Origin: Eledone cirrhosa
Lineage: Eukaryota
DNA length: 64,000 bases
Direction of reading: 5' to 3'
Assembly: GCA_964016885.1 (NCBI GenBank)
Contig: OZ024752.1
Coordinates: 5,766,001 to 5,830,000 of the forward strand
In this document: positions 27,801-40,675 of the stretch, piece by piece
Layout of the letters: each line of letters opens with the position of its first letter
How positions within the stretch are numbered: position 1 is the first letter of the stretch
Notes under the pieces: generated by a model
What the model saw: the letters and a program-made list of their open reading frames with translations, nothing else
Told to the model about the DNA's origin: nothing
Databases searched by the model: none
Position numbers and translations under genes: made by a program

Positions 27801-29485
27801 TATAACATGGTGTCACTGTCACAGTTGTGAAGTATATAACAGACATGGAGTCACTGTCACAGTTGTGGTGTATATAACAGACATGGAGTCACTGTCACGG
27901 TTGTGGTGTATATAACAGACATGGAGTCACTGTCACAGTTGTGATGTATATAACATGGTGTCACTGTCACAGTTGTGAAGTATATAACAGACATGGAGTC
28001 ACTGTCACAGTTGTGAAGTATATAACAGACATGGTGTCACTGTCACAGTTGTGTATATAACAGACATGGAGTCACTGTCACAGTTGTGGTGTATATAACA
28101 GACATGGAGTCACTGTCACGGTTGTGGTGTATATAACAGACATGGAGTCACTGTCACAGTTTTGATGTATATAACAGACATGGAGTCACTGTCACAGTTT
28201 TGATGTATATAACATGGTGTCACTGTCACAGTTGTGGTGTATATAACAGACATGGAGTCACTGTCACAGTTGTGATGTATATAACAGACATGGAGTCACT
28301 GTCACAGTTGTGGTGTATATAACATGGTGTCACTGTCACAGTTGTGATGTATATAACAGACATGGAGTCACTGTCACAGTTGTGGTGTATATAACATGGT
28401 GTCACTGTCACAGTTGTGATGTATATAACAGACATGGAGTCACTGTCACAGTTGTGGTGTATATAACATGGTGTCACTGTCACAGTTGTGGTGTATATAA
28501 CAGACATGGAGTCACTGTCACAGTTGTGGTGTATATAACATGGTGTCACTGTCACAGTTGTGGTGTATATAACAGACATGGAGTCACTGTCACAGTTGTG
28601 ATGTATATAACTGACATGGAGTCACTGTCACAGTTGTGATGTATATAACTGACATGGAGTCACTGTCACAGTTGTGAAGTATATAACAGACATGGTGTCA
28701 CTGTCACAGTTGTGTATATAACAGACATGGAGTCACTGTCACAGTTGTGGTGTATATAACAGACATGGAGTCACTGTCACAGTTGTGAAGTATATAACAG
28801 ACATGGAGTCACTGTCACAGTTGTGAAGTATATAACTGACATGGAGTCACTGTCACAGTTGTGAAGTATATAACAGACATGGAGTCACTGTCACAGTTGT
28901 GAAGTATATAACAGACATGGTGTCACTGTCACAGTTGTGGTGTATATAACAGACATGGAGTCACTGTCACAGTTGTGATGTATATAACAGACATGGAGTC
29001 ACTGTCACAGTTGTGGTGTATATAACATGGTGTCACTGTCACAGTTGTGATGTATATAACAGACATGGAGTCACTGTCACAGTTGTGATGTATATAACTG
29101 ACATGGAGTCACTGTCACAGTTGTGAAGTATATAACAGACATGGAGTCACTGTCACAGTTGTGATGTATATAACTGACATGGAGTCACTGTCACAGTTGT
29201 GAAGTATATAACAGACATGGAGTCACTGTCACAGTTGTGAAGTATATAACAGACATGGAGTCACCGTCACAGTTGTGGTGTATATAACAGACATGGAGTC
29301 ACTGTCACAGTTGTGGTGTATATAACAGACATGGAGTCACTGTCACAGTTGTGGTGTATATAACAGACATGGTGTCACTGTCACAGTTGTGGTGTATATA
29401 ACAGACATGGAGTCACTGTCACAGTTGTGGTGTATATAACAGACATGGAGTCACTGTCACAGTTGTGGTGTATATAACTGACATG
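12893..29485. repeat. 16.6-kb minisatellite, 38-bp unit (34-bp deletion variant), about 440 copies
   Basis: Unit gtcacagttgtg(a/g)tgtatataacagacatgg(a/t)gtcact; variants lack 4 bp or carry gaag, tag or ttg substitutions. Confidence 0.99.
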
Positions 29486-29540
29486 AATATGTCACAATTC
29501 AAAAATACAAAAAACAAACCAAGACCAAGCAAATACCTAC

Positions 29541-29552
29541 CCGAAACTTTCG
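29541..29552 (-). CDS. Candidate 12-nt microexon (Arg-Lys-Phe-Arg)
   Basis: ctgtattttttctatttttcttctacag|CGAAAGTTTCGG|gtaggt; strong pyrimidine tract, in frame within a phase-0 intron. Confidence 0.55.
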
Positions 29553-29610
29553 CTGTAGAAGAAAAATAGAAAAAATACAGTATATATATATTTATATATA
29601 TATATATATG

Positions 29611-29642
<32 letters not shown>

Positions 29643-29997
29643 GTATATACACACACACACACACATATGTGTGTGTGTGTAAGTGAGTGTGAGTATGTGT
29701 GTGTGTGTGTGTGCGTGTGTGTGTGTATGTAAACATACATAGTTTATTGATTTGTTCAAATATAATTTAATAAAACATTGTTTACAATTTGAATGTAACA
29801 CTTTCATTTGTCACGGGTTTTACTGAGATAAAAAGTTTGATATATAATATATTTTCTGATTTAGGTACAAGGTCAACAAATGTTTTGTGGGGAGAGGAAT
29901 GTGGCTCCAGTGCATTATTCACCCCATAAGAGTTAAAGGCAAAACTAATCTTGATAGGATTTGAACTTCTAGATATATATTATAATAAAACTAAATC

Positions 29998-30160
29998 AAC
30001 ATTTGATAACAAATCACCAATATAGGTATTGAACACTTATATTTGATAACAAATCACCAATATAGGTATTGAACACTTATATTTGATAACAAATCACCAA
30101 TATATATATTGAACAGTTATATTTGATAACACATCACCAATATAGGTATTGAACAGTTGT
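29998..30160. repeat. 40-bp tandem repeat, 4 copies
   Basis: atttgataacaaatcaccaatataggtattgaacacttat. Confidence 0.93.
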
Positions 30161-30564
30161 ATTATATATTGTTTCTAATTTTTTTTAATAAATAAGGTTT
30201 ATATTAAAAAACAAACAGATGTTGTTGTTTATGTTATTATTGTCGATGTTGTTGCAATTGTTGCTGTTGTTAGTGTTTAATATGAAATACTTACAGTACT
30301 ATATAACTACTACAGTTAATATATAAGAAATGGAGTATGACTTGGTAGTATATACTATATCAATATATACAAATGCATAAAGACAATGTTGGCAGGTTGG
30401 TGATATGAACTGATAGCGACATATTTCACCTTATCGGTTATTTAATCTAATATCATGTGTCTTCTGTAGTAAATGGTAACCCCTGACCTTAATTAAGCTA
30501 TGATGAGCTACAAACCAGTAATAAACGGAGATATAACTGAAATATCTCAGCACAGTACCTTTAA

Positions 30565-30702
30565 CCCTTTAGCAATCAAACTGGCCATATCTGGCCAGAA
30601 TTCTCTCACCTATTACTGTTCAAACCAGCCATAACTGGCTGTTCCTACTTATGTTAAGGTATTTTATAAAGGTATATATAGAGTAATGTAAATGGTAAAG
30701 GG
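30565..30702. mobile_element. Short piggyBac-like MITE
   Basis: TTAA|ccctttagcaat ... aatggtaaaggg|TTAA: terminal inverted repeats starting CCC with TTAA on both sides. Confidence 0.7.
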
Positions 30703-31459
30703 TTAATGAGATTCAAACCTTTACTGATTTTCAAATAAAACATATATAAGTTTTGAGAAGATGTTTCTATCTGGCCTAGCATATGATAACGTCTCTAGCG
30801 ATGGTGCCATGATAAAATGTACTCACGATAGAATACACACAGATCACTCTATAAAGTGGTAGAGAAATATACGCAGCACATCCTGTTAGGTGGTTGACAT
30901 TAGTAAGAGCATCCATTGGTGGAAGCCAAGCCAAATATGGAACATGAACAAAATTGATTGCCCCAACTTGCCTGGTCTCAGGCTGTGACAACCTGTACAA
31001 CCCATACCAGTGTGGAACAGGAACGTAAAATGATGACAATGATATATATATACACATATATACATACATAGACACAGATAAATTATATATACATACATAC
31101 ACACATAGACATACATATACATACATATATATATGTATACTCACACACATACACACATACATACACACACACATATACATACATATATATATACAGATGC
31201 ATACATACATACATACATACACATATATATACATATGCATACAGCATACTATGGAAAGATATAAAAATGATGATGAGACTAAACACAGAGAAACAAAAGT
31301 AATTACAGGAGTCGTAATTTGTGTTCATTATAATCAAATATGAGAAGAAAATGTGCTTTGATCGTAATTTGAGATTTCCACAAAGAAATAATATAAAAAA
31401 GTTTTTTAATGAAATACCTTATTGCTTTATGTACATTATTTAATATTTATTTAATCAGA

Positions 31460-34400
31460 TTCTGTGTATATCTGGTCTAGAATAAGTACACTGTAACCTT
31501 GTGTGTATATAGTCTAAAATAGGTACACTGTATCCCTGTGACTATCTGGTCTACAACAGGTACGCTGCATCCCTGTGACTATCTGGTCTACAACAGGTAC
31601 ACTGTAGCTGTGTCTATCTGGTCTACAACAGGTACACTTTAGCTGTGTCTATCTGGTCTACAACAGGTACACTGTAGCTGTGTCTATCTGGTCTACAACA
31701 GGTACACCTTAGCTGTGTCTATCTGGTCTACAACAGGTACACTGTAGCTGTGTCTATCTGGTCTACAACAGGTACACTTTAGCTGTGTCTATCTGGTCTA
31801 CAACAGGTACACTTTAGCTGTGTCTATCTGGTCTACAACAGGTACACTTTAGCTGTGTCTATCTGGTCTACAACAGGTACACTGTAGCTGTGTCTATCTG
31901 GTCTACAACAGGTACACTGTAGCTGTGTCTATCTGGTCTACAACAGGTACACTGTAGCTGTGTCTATCTGGTCTACAACAGGTACACTGTAGCTGTGTCT
32001 ATCTGGTCTACAACAGGTACACTTTAGCTGTGACTATCTGGTCTACAACAGGTACACTTTAGCTGTGACTATCTGGTCTACAACAGGTACACTGTAGCTG
32101 TGTCTATCTGGTCTACAACAGGTACACTGTAGCTGTGTCTATCTGGTCTACAACAAGTACACTGTAGCTGTGTCTATCTGGTCTACAACAGGTACACCGT
32201 AGCTGTGTCTATCTGGTCTACAACAGGTACACTATAGCTGTGTCTATCTGGTCTACAACAGGTACACTGTAGCTGTGACTATCTGGTCTACAACAGGTAC
32301 ACTGTAGCTGTGTCTATCTGGTCTACAACAGGTACACTGTAGCTGTGTCTATCTGGTCTACAACAGGTACACTTTAGCTGTGTCTATCTGGTCTACAACA
32401 GGTACACTTTAGCTGTGTCTATCTGGTCTACAACAGGTACACTTTAGCTGTGTCTATCTGGTCTACAACAGGTACACTGTAGCTGTGTCTATCTGGTCTA
32501 CAACAGGTACACTGTAGCTGTGTCTATCTGGTCTACAACAGGTACACTGTAGCTGTGTCTATCTGGTCTACAACAGGTACACTGTAGCTGTGTCTATCTG
32601 GTCTACAACAGGTACACTTTAGCTGTGACTATCTGGTCTACAACAGGTACACTTTAGCTGTGACTATCTGGTCTACAACAGGTACATGTAGCTGTGTCTA
32701 TCTGGTCTACAACAGGTACACCGTAGCTGTGTCTATCTGGTCTACAACAGGTACACTATAGCTGTGTCTATCTGGTCTACAACAGGTACACTGTAGCTGT
32801 GACTATCTGGTCTACAACAGGTACACTGTAGTTGTGTCTATCTGGTCTACAACAGGTACACTGTAGCTGTGACTATCTGGTCTACAACAGGTACACTGTA
32901 TCCCTGTGACTATCTGGTCTACAACAGGTACACTGTAGCTGTGACTATCTGGTCTACAACAGGTACACTGCAGCCCTGTGTCTATCTGGTCTACAACAGG
33001 TACACTGTAGCTGTCACTATCTGGTCTACAACAGGTACGCTGCATCCCTGTGTCTATCTGGTCTACAACAGGTACACTGTAGCTGTGTCTATCTGGTCTA
33101 CAACAGGTACACTGTATCCCTGTGACTATCTGTTCTACAACAGGTACACTGTAGCTGTGACTATCTGGTCTACAACAGGTACACTGTAGCTGTGACTATC
33201 TGGTCTACAACAGGTACACTGTATCCCTGTGACTATCTGGTCTACAACAGGTACACTGTAGTTGTGTCTATCTGGTCTACAACAGGTACACTGTATCCCT
33301 GTGACTATCTGGTCTACAACAGGTACACTTTAGCTGTGACTATCTGGTCTACAACAGGTACACTGTATCCCTGTGACTATCTGGTCTACAACAGGTACAC
33401 TGTAGTTGTGTCTATCTGGTCTACAACAGGTACACTGTAGCTGTGACTATCTGGTCTACAACAGGTACACTGTAGCTGTGTCTATCTGGTCTACAACAGG
33501 TACACTGTAGCTGTGACTATCTGGTCTACAACAGGTACACTGTAGCTGTGTCTATCTGGCCTACAACAGGTACACTGTAGCTGTAACTATCTGGTCTACA
33601 ACAGGTACACTGTAGCTGTGACTATCTGGTCTACAACAGGTACACTGTAGCTGTGTCTATCTGGTCTACAACAGGTACACTGTAGCTGTGACTATCTGGT
33701 CTACAACAGGTACACTGTAGCTGTGACTATCTGGTCTACAACAGGTACACTGTATCCCTGTGACTATCTGGTCTACAACAGGTACACTGTAGTTGTGTCT
33801 ATCTGGTCTACAACAGGTACACTGTAGCTGTGTCTATCTGGCCTACAACAGGTACACTGTAGCTGTAACTATCTGGTCTACAACAGGTACACTGTAGCTG
33901 TGACTATCTGGTCTACAACAGGTACACTGTAGCTGTGTCTATCTGGTCTACAACAGGTACACTGTAGCTGTGACTATCTGGTCTACAACAGGTACACTGT
34001 AGCTGTGACTATCTGGTCTACAACAGGTACACTGTATCCCTGTGACTATCTGGTCTACAACAGGTACACTGTAGTTGTGTCTATCTGGTCTACAACAGGT
34101 ACACTGTATCCCTGTGACTATCTGGTCTACAACAGGTACACTGTAGCTGTGTCTATCTGGTCTACAACAGGTACACTGTAGCTGTGTCTATCTGGTCTAC
34201 AACAGGTACACTGTATCCCTGTGACTATCTGGTCTACAACAGGTACACTGTAGCTGTGTCTATCTGGTCTACAACAGGTACACTGTAGCTGTGTCTATCT
34301 GGTCTACAACAGGTACACTGTATCCCTGTGACTATCTGGTCTACAACAGGTACACTGTATCCCTGTGACTATCTGGTCTACAACAGGTACACTGTAGCTG

Positions 34401-35700
34401 CGTCTATCTGATCTACAACAGGTACACTGTAGCTGTGACTATCTGGTCTACAACAGGTACACTGTAGCTGTGACTATCTGGTCTACAACAGGTACACTGT
34501 ATCCCTGTGACTATCTGGTCTACAACAGGTACACTGTAGCTGTGACTATCTGGTCTACAACAGGTACACTGTATCCCTGTGACTATCTGGTCTACAACAG
34601 GTACACTGTAGCTGTGACTATCTGGTCTACAACAGGTACACTGTATCCCTGTGACTATCTGGTCTACAACAGGTACACTGTATCCCTGTGCCTATCTGGT
34701 CTACAACAGGTACACTGTATCCCTGTGACTATCTGGTCTACAACAGGTACACTGTAGCTGTGTCTATCTGGTCTACAACAGGTACACTGTAGCTGTGACT
34801 ATCTGGTCTACAACAGGTACACTGTAGCTGTGTCTATCTGGTCTACAACAGGTACACTGTATCCCTGTGACTATCTGGTCTACAACAGGTACACTGTAGC
34901 TGTGACTATCTGGTCTACAACAGGTACACTGTAGCTGTGTCTATCTGGTCTACAACAGGTACACTGTAGCTGTGTCTACCTGGTCTACAACAGGTACACT
35001 GTAGCTGTGTCTACCTGGTCTACAACAGGTACACTGTAGCTGTGTCTATCTGGTCTACAACAGGTACACTGTAGCTGTGACTATCTGGTCTACAACAGGT
35101 ACACTGTATCCCTGTGACTATCTGGTCTGCAACAGGTACACTGTATCCCTGTGACTATCTGGTCTACAACAGGTACACTGTAGCTGTGTCTATCTGGTCT
35201 ACAACAGGTACACTTTAGCTGTGTCTATCTGGTCTACAACAGGTACACTGTAGCTGTGTCTACCTGGTCTACAACAGGTACACTGTAGCTGTGACTATCT
35301 GGTCTACAACAGGTACACTGTAGCTGTGACTATCTGGTCTACAACAGGTACACTGTAGCTGTGTCTATCTGGTCTACAACAGGTACACTGTAGCTGTGTC
35401 TATCTGGTCTACAACAGGTACACTGTAGCTGTGTCTATCTGGTCTACAACAGGTACACTGTAGCTGTGTCTATCTGGTCTACAACAGGTACACTGTAGCT
35501 GTGTCTACCTGGTCTACAACAGGTACACTGTAGCTGTGTCTATCTGGTCTACAACAGGTACACTGTAGCTGTGTCTATCTGGTCTACAACAGGTACACTT
35601 TAGCTGTGTCTATCTGGTCTACAACAGGTACATTTTAGCTGTGACTATCTGGTCTACAACAGGTACACTTTAGCTGTGACTATCTGGTCTATCTGTGTAT
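31460..35700. repeat. 4.2-kb minisatellite, 35/36-bp unit, about 120 copies
   Basis: tctatctggtctacaacaggtacactgtagctgtg, with a 36-bp variant ...tgtatccctgtg; two degenerate units at the left edge. Confidence 0.98.
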
Positions 35701-35724
35701 CTGGCTGTAAAACATTGCTTCAAA

Positions 35725-36510
35725 AAGGACCCCATGGTTCTTTTGTTGGTCTCCTTTATTGTTTTTCTTTGCCATGACATCTACACCCATATTTTCTGCT
35801 ACAACAATACTTGCTGAATTTATCATGTCATTTGTTTCTGTGGTGTTTTTTGTTTTAATGTATTTCAGAACTTCATTCACCTTATATGTTTCTTAGTTCA
35901 ACTTGCATTGGTCATCCTTCTTCAGGTTACAAATAAGATTCCTATTGTCCTCCTGTAACCTTGTCTTTATTCTGTCCTGCTTTGCTTTCTGTTCACCTGT
36001 CACGTTTACATTAACTTTATTGTCTTCCATACCTACCATCTACATTTCTCTCACCAGACAGACTATCTCTACCCTGTTTCTGTGGGTTACCAAAAATCTC
36101 TTCACCCCTTGTCCTCTGCTGTAGTTTCCCTTTCCTTAATAAACCTTCATTTTCACCATTTCTTTCACTGTTGTTTTCTGAAACCCATCTTTTGATAGCT
36201 TCAAATTCCACTTCTGTCAACCAGTGATTTTTTTTTTATAGCTCTAGCTTGGTCACATAACCTCTGACTTGGTCACATACCCCCTGCTCTGTGAGTGTAA
36301 ACAATCCTCTTTCTCTCCAGTTTTTATGCATCTGTTGTTGATATCCTTTGATAGGGACCCCCATTTTCCTCTACAGGATTGCTCAAGTACTAACACTCCA
36401 GGACCACAACATTTACTTGTTTACTTCACCTTTGTCGTCGTTGCTAGTCCATTGCTGAATAACGACCTGCTGGAGCAGGACCAGATACGATACCTTTACC
36501 ATCAACAGTT
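35725..36510 (-). mobile_element. N-terminal region of a degenerate R4/Dong-like retrotransposon ORF
   Basis: Minus-strand translation includes QRLCDQARAIKKNHW...TEVEFEAIKR and NEVLKYIKTKNTTETNDMINSASIVVAENMG, resembling N-terminal motifs of R4-clade elements; frameshifted. Confidence 0.6.
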
Positions 36511-36524
36511 CCCGTTAATGCCAT

Positions 36525-36722
36525 TTATTATTTTGGCAGTATCGGTAGAAGGTCGGACGCCATGCTTTGCAGCATAGAGTTACTCCCCTTTATAGTCTGA
36601 GTTCAAATCCCGCCGAGGTTCACTTTGCCTTTCATCCTTACGGGGGTCGATAAAATAAAGTACCAGTAATGTACTGGGATAATTTCTGGCCTTGTGCCAA
36701 AAGTAGAAACAATTATTATTAT
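36525..36722 (+). mobile_element. Young tRNA-derived SINE (family of 6025-6220)
   Basis: B-box gagttcaaatcc at about 36599; ends gccttgtgccaaaagtagaaacaatt(att)n; duplicated 3' ends also at 37150-37290. Confidence 0.85.
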
Positions 36723-37789
36723 TAATGTTAAAATAATTATTTGACAGTTTCATGTTAATTTCTTCCCTCATCTGTTCCTGCGTTCTTATTTCCCTCAACA
36801 GACATCCATTCCTGAAATGTATTGTTGTGCGTTCTTATTTATGTTGGAGATTACAGAGTATAGATATAGTATCAGCAAATATGATAGACCAATAGAAACA
36901 TTGTTTCCTTGGCCCAATTTGATGAGTTTCACCTCACTCGGTAAGTGAATGGGGTCTAGGATCTTGTTGATTGTTCAAGGAAGATACCTGCTCATATTGT
37001 ATAGCATCAGTCTTGTTTTGTTATAGGGATTAGCTTGTGTCTTCTAATGTTATTTGTTAGTTTCTTCCATCATATATAGTATATGTGTAATGTGTGTAGT
37101 GTTATTTTGTTGTGTATTAATCATGTAGAGTGTAAGTTGTGTTGTTTGCTACACTGGGTAATTGCTGGCCTTGTGCCAAAAGTAGAAACAATTATTATTA
37201 TTATTATTAAAGTACCAGTAATGTACTGGGGTAATTGCTGGCTTTGTGCCAAAAGTAGAAACAATTATTATTATTATTATTATTATTGATGTTATCACTA
37301 TTATTATTAATATTCTTACTATTATTGTTATTATTACTTTTATTATCATCATTATTGTTATTATTGTTCCTGCCATTTTCTCACCAAATAATGAAAATTT
37401 AAAATAATATCCTCTGGCTTTAAAGTCAATCTATCAAATCCTTTTAAAAAAAATATTTACAATGTTTAAAATATGTACACAAATACATACACACACACAA
37501 TTCTATAAGACATACATACACACATTATATATATATATGTATATATATACACACACACACATATAATACCACTCTTCTTCTTCTTCCTCTAAAAACAACA
37601 ACAGCAACAACTGTATCCTCACAAACAAGTGTTATATATAAATAAATATCTTACTTTTTACACACAATGGTAGATGTTTTTTTCCTGCTAAATTAATGTT
37701 TTGAAATAAAGAAAAAGGAAACAAACTACAAGATGGAAGAAATGATGTTTCTGTCTTCTTTTCCGAGATAGATTATGAAAGTAGATTCA

Positions 37790-38285
37790 ATCACATCTCA
37801 CCTCAGATAACAAAACTAGTTACAACCAGTCACATCACATCTCACCTCAGATAACAAAACTAGTCACAACCAGTCACATCACATCTCACCTCAGATAACA
37901 AAACTAGTTACAACCAGTCACATCACATCTCACCTCAGATAACAAAACTAGTTACAACCAGTCACATCACATCTCACCTCAGATAACAAAACTAGTCACA
38001 ACCAGTCACATAACATCTCACCTCAGATAACAAAACTAGTCGCAACCAGTCGCATCACACCTCACCTCAGATAACAAAACTAGTCACAACCAATCACATC
38101 ACATCTCACCTCAGATAACAAAACTAGTTACAACCAGTCACATCACATCTCACCTCAGATAACAAAACTAGTTACAACCAGTCACATCACATCTCACCTC
38201 AGATAACAAAACTAGTTACAACCAGTCACATCACATCTCACCTCAGACAATGAAACCAGATGATTCTAATCTCGCCTCAGATAAT
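37790..38285. repeat. 44-bp minisatellite, about 11 copies
   Basis: cacatctcacctcagataacaaaactagt(t/c)acaaccagtcacat; related diverged units resume at 38720-38860. Confidence 0.95.
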
Positions 38286-38299
38286 GGAAAAATGTTGGT

Positions 38300-38720
38300 G
38301 CCTGATTTAGGCACAAGGCCAACAATTTTGGGGAGAGGGGAAAGTCGATTAAATCCACTCCAGTGCATTACTGGTACTTTATTTTATCGACCCCCGTAGG
38401 AATGGAATGGAAAGCTAACTGCAGAGGGGTTTGAACTCAGAATGTAAAGGGATAGAACTCTATGCTGCAAAGCATGTCCAATGCTCTACTGATTAAGGTC
38501 AATCCACCACCCTCAATCTACTGAAAATAATTGTTTCTCTATTTAGCACAAGGTCAGCAATTAACCCAGTGCATTACTGGTACTTTATTTTATCGACCCC
38601 GTAAGGATGAAAGGCAAAGTTAACCTCAGGGGGATTTGAACTCAGAACGCAAAGGGCCATAACTCTATGCTGCAAAACATGATATCTGACACTCTACCAA
38701 TACTGCCAAACCACCGCCCT
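38300..38720 (-). mobile_element. Two tandem copies of the young SINE family
   Basis: ccagtgcattactggtacttt...atcgacccc...tttgaactcagaa occurs twice (about 38300-38515 and 38528-38720). Confidence 0.85.
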
Positions 38721-39060
38721 AGCCAATCACATCACATCATGCCTCAGATAAACTAGTTACAGCCAATCACATTGCATCATGTCTCATAATAAACTAGTTA
38801 CAGCCAATCACATCGCATCATGCCTCAGATGATAAACTAGTTACAGCCAATCACATCATACTTCACTTTATCCGTTGTAAGAGAGATAGAGACTAGTAAT
38901 TCATGGGGAGGGATTAGTCAATTAGATGGGACCCCATTACTGAATCGGTACTGATAAAAGATGAAGTTGACTGCAGTGGGGTTGAAACTCACAGCTGGAA
39001 CACATACTGCAAAGAAATTTGTCCTACATTTTCACAACTACCAATTCATCACCTACTTAA

Positions 39061-39738
39061 CCCTTTAGATGCTAAATTGGTCAAAAGCAACCCTTGTTCT
39101 ATAATACAAAATAATCTATTTTAAAGTGTTTGTATATATGTATGGTCGTGTAATTCCTGAGGGAGTAGGTAGGGGTGCCATATTGACGTACACCATTTCT
39201 AGGACTTTTTTTAAACCTGGTGGAGCCCATCTCCTCTCCAGGTCTGAATACAGCAGATTTCTTCCAGAGAAGGAGAGAGATAGAGAGAGAGAGAGAAGAA
39301 GTGAGAAAGAGATATAGAGAAAGAATCAACCCCAATTAAAGTGTTTATATTTATCTAAAAACTTCCCTCATAATTGTTTCTATTTTAGGCACAAGGCCAG
39401 AAAATACCCAGTACATTACTGGTACTTTATTTTATCGACCCCGTAAGGATGAAAGACAAAGTTAACCTCGACAAGATTTGAACCCTCATAATGTTATGTA
39501 AGAACCTTTGTTAGTTATATTTCAAACACTAGCTTCACAATGAAAACATTTGTTACATCATTAAATCCCTAAAAATTCTGGAATATTTTCAAGATTATTT
39601 GAAAATCTTAGTCAGTGTTTTTCATTAGAAATATAGAAATAAAAGGCTTAAAGTGTTTATATTTATCTAAAAAACTTTCCATCATAATTGTTTATGTAAG
39701 AACCCTTATATTCGAAAGGAAATATGGTAATAAAAGGG
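39061..39738. mobile_element. TTAA-flanked MITE with nested insertions
   Basis: TTAA|ccctttag ... taaaaggg|TTAA; contains a truncated SINE (about 39370-39485) and a repeat (about 39135-39335) also found near 55980-56150. Confidence 0.6.
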
Positions 39739-40182
39739 TTAAAATATATTTCAACAGATAAACTTTTTAGATGTTGATTGGGTCTATCATCTAGTTTTAT
39801 TTCTTAAAAATGACAGCTCAATCAACATTATGGTGTTTCCTGATAAATGAGAGAACAACCATCTCATTAAACATTCTAGGTAATTGATAGTGCTGTTTAA
39901 GCATTGATCATTGTGAAAATAGCATTTAAGATGATTATAATCAGCAAACTCGTTAGCAAGAGAGAAGAAGCTGTACAGATATTTACTTTGATGTAAGATA
40001 AAGTAAAATGGTTTTAGAACCAAAGTAAATATCTTTGAATCATTGAAAAATACTGTTTTTGTCACATGACTGACTTTTGTTGCATTTTTATTGGTTGTCA
40101 ACAAAATTTAGTTAGAAATTTACTTAATTTTCTTTTTTTTGCAAAAGTATTTTAGAGACAAACAGAAATTAACTGTTTCTTT

Positions 40183-40392
40183 CATCATCACTGTCATCAT
40201 CACCATCAGTGTCATCGTCACTGACATCATCACCATCACCATCACCATCACTCATTATCCCCATCACCATCATTGTCATCAGTCATCATCACCATCACCA
40301 TCACTGTCATCATCATCATCAGCATCATCATCACCACCACCATCAATATTGTATTATCATTGTCATCATCATCATCACTGTAATCATCATTG
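40183..40392. repeat. (CAT/CAC)n trinucleotide tract
   Basis: Read directly. Confidence 0.9.
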
Positions 40393-40393
40393 G

Positions 40394-40675
40394 CAACAGG
40401 TGTAATATTCACCTCCAAAGTGAAACAGGTGTAATATTAACCTCCAAAGTACAACAGGTGTAATATTAACCTCCAAAGTGAAACAGGTGTAATAGTCACC
40501 TCCAAAGTGAAACAGGTGTAATAGTCACCTCCAAAGTGAAACAGGTGTAATAGTCACCTCCAAAGTGAAACAGGTGTAATATTAACCTCCAAAGTGAAAC
40601 AGGTGTAATAGTCACCTCCAAAGTGAAACAGGTGTAATAGTCACCTCCAAAGTGAAACAGGTGTAATAGTCACTT
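40394..40675. repeat. 29-bp minisatellite, about 10 copies
   Basis: aaacaggtgtaatagtcacctccaaagtg. Confidence 0.95.

Noticed and set aside
12893-29485. CRISPR-like array (38-bp partly palindromic repeats); likewise the 46- and 35-bp arrays
   Set aside because: Units are head-to-tail with no unique spacers, there are no cas genes, and the context is a eukaryotic intron.
30295-30306. 12-nt microexon LYST (tag|TTATATAGTACT|gtaagt, minus strand)
   Set aside because: Good donor and in frame, but the pyrimidine tract is poor and several AGs compete; too weak to call as a feature, though worth including in a junction search.
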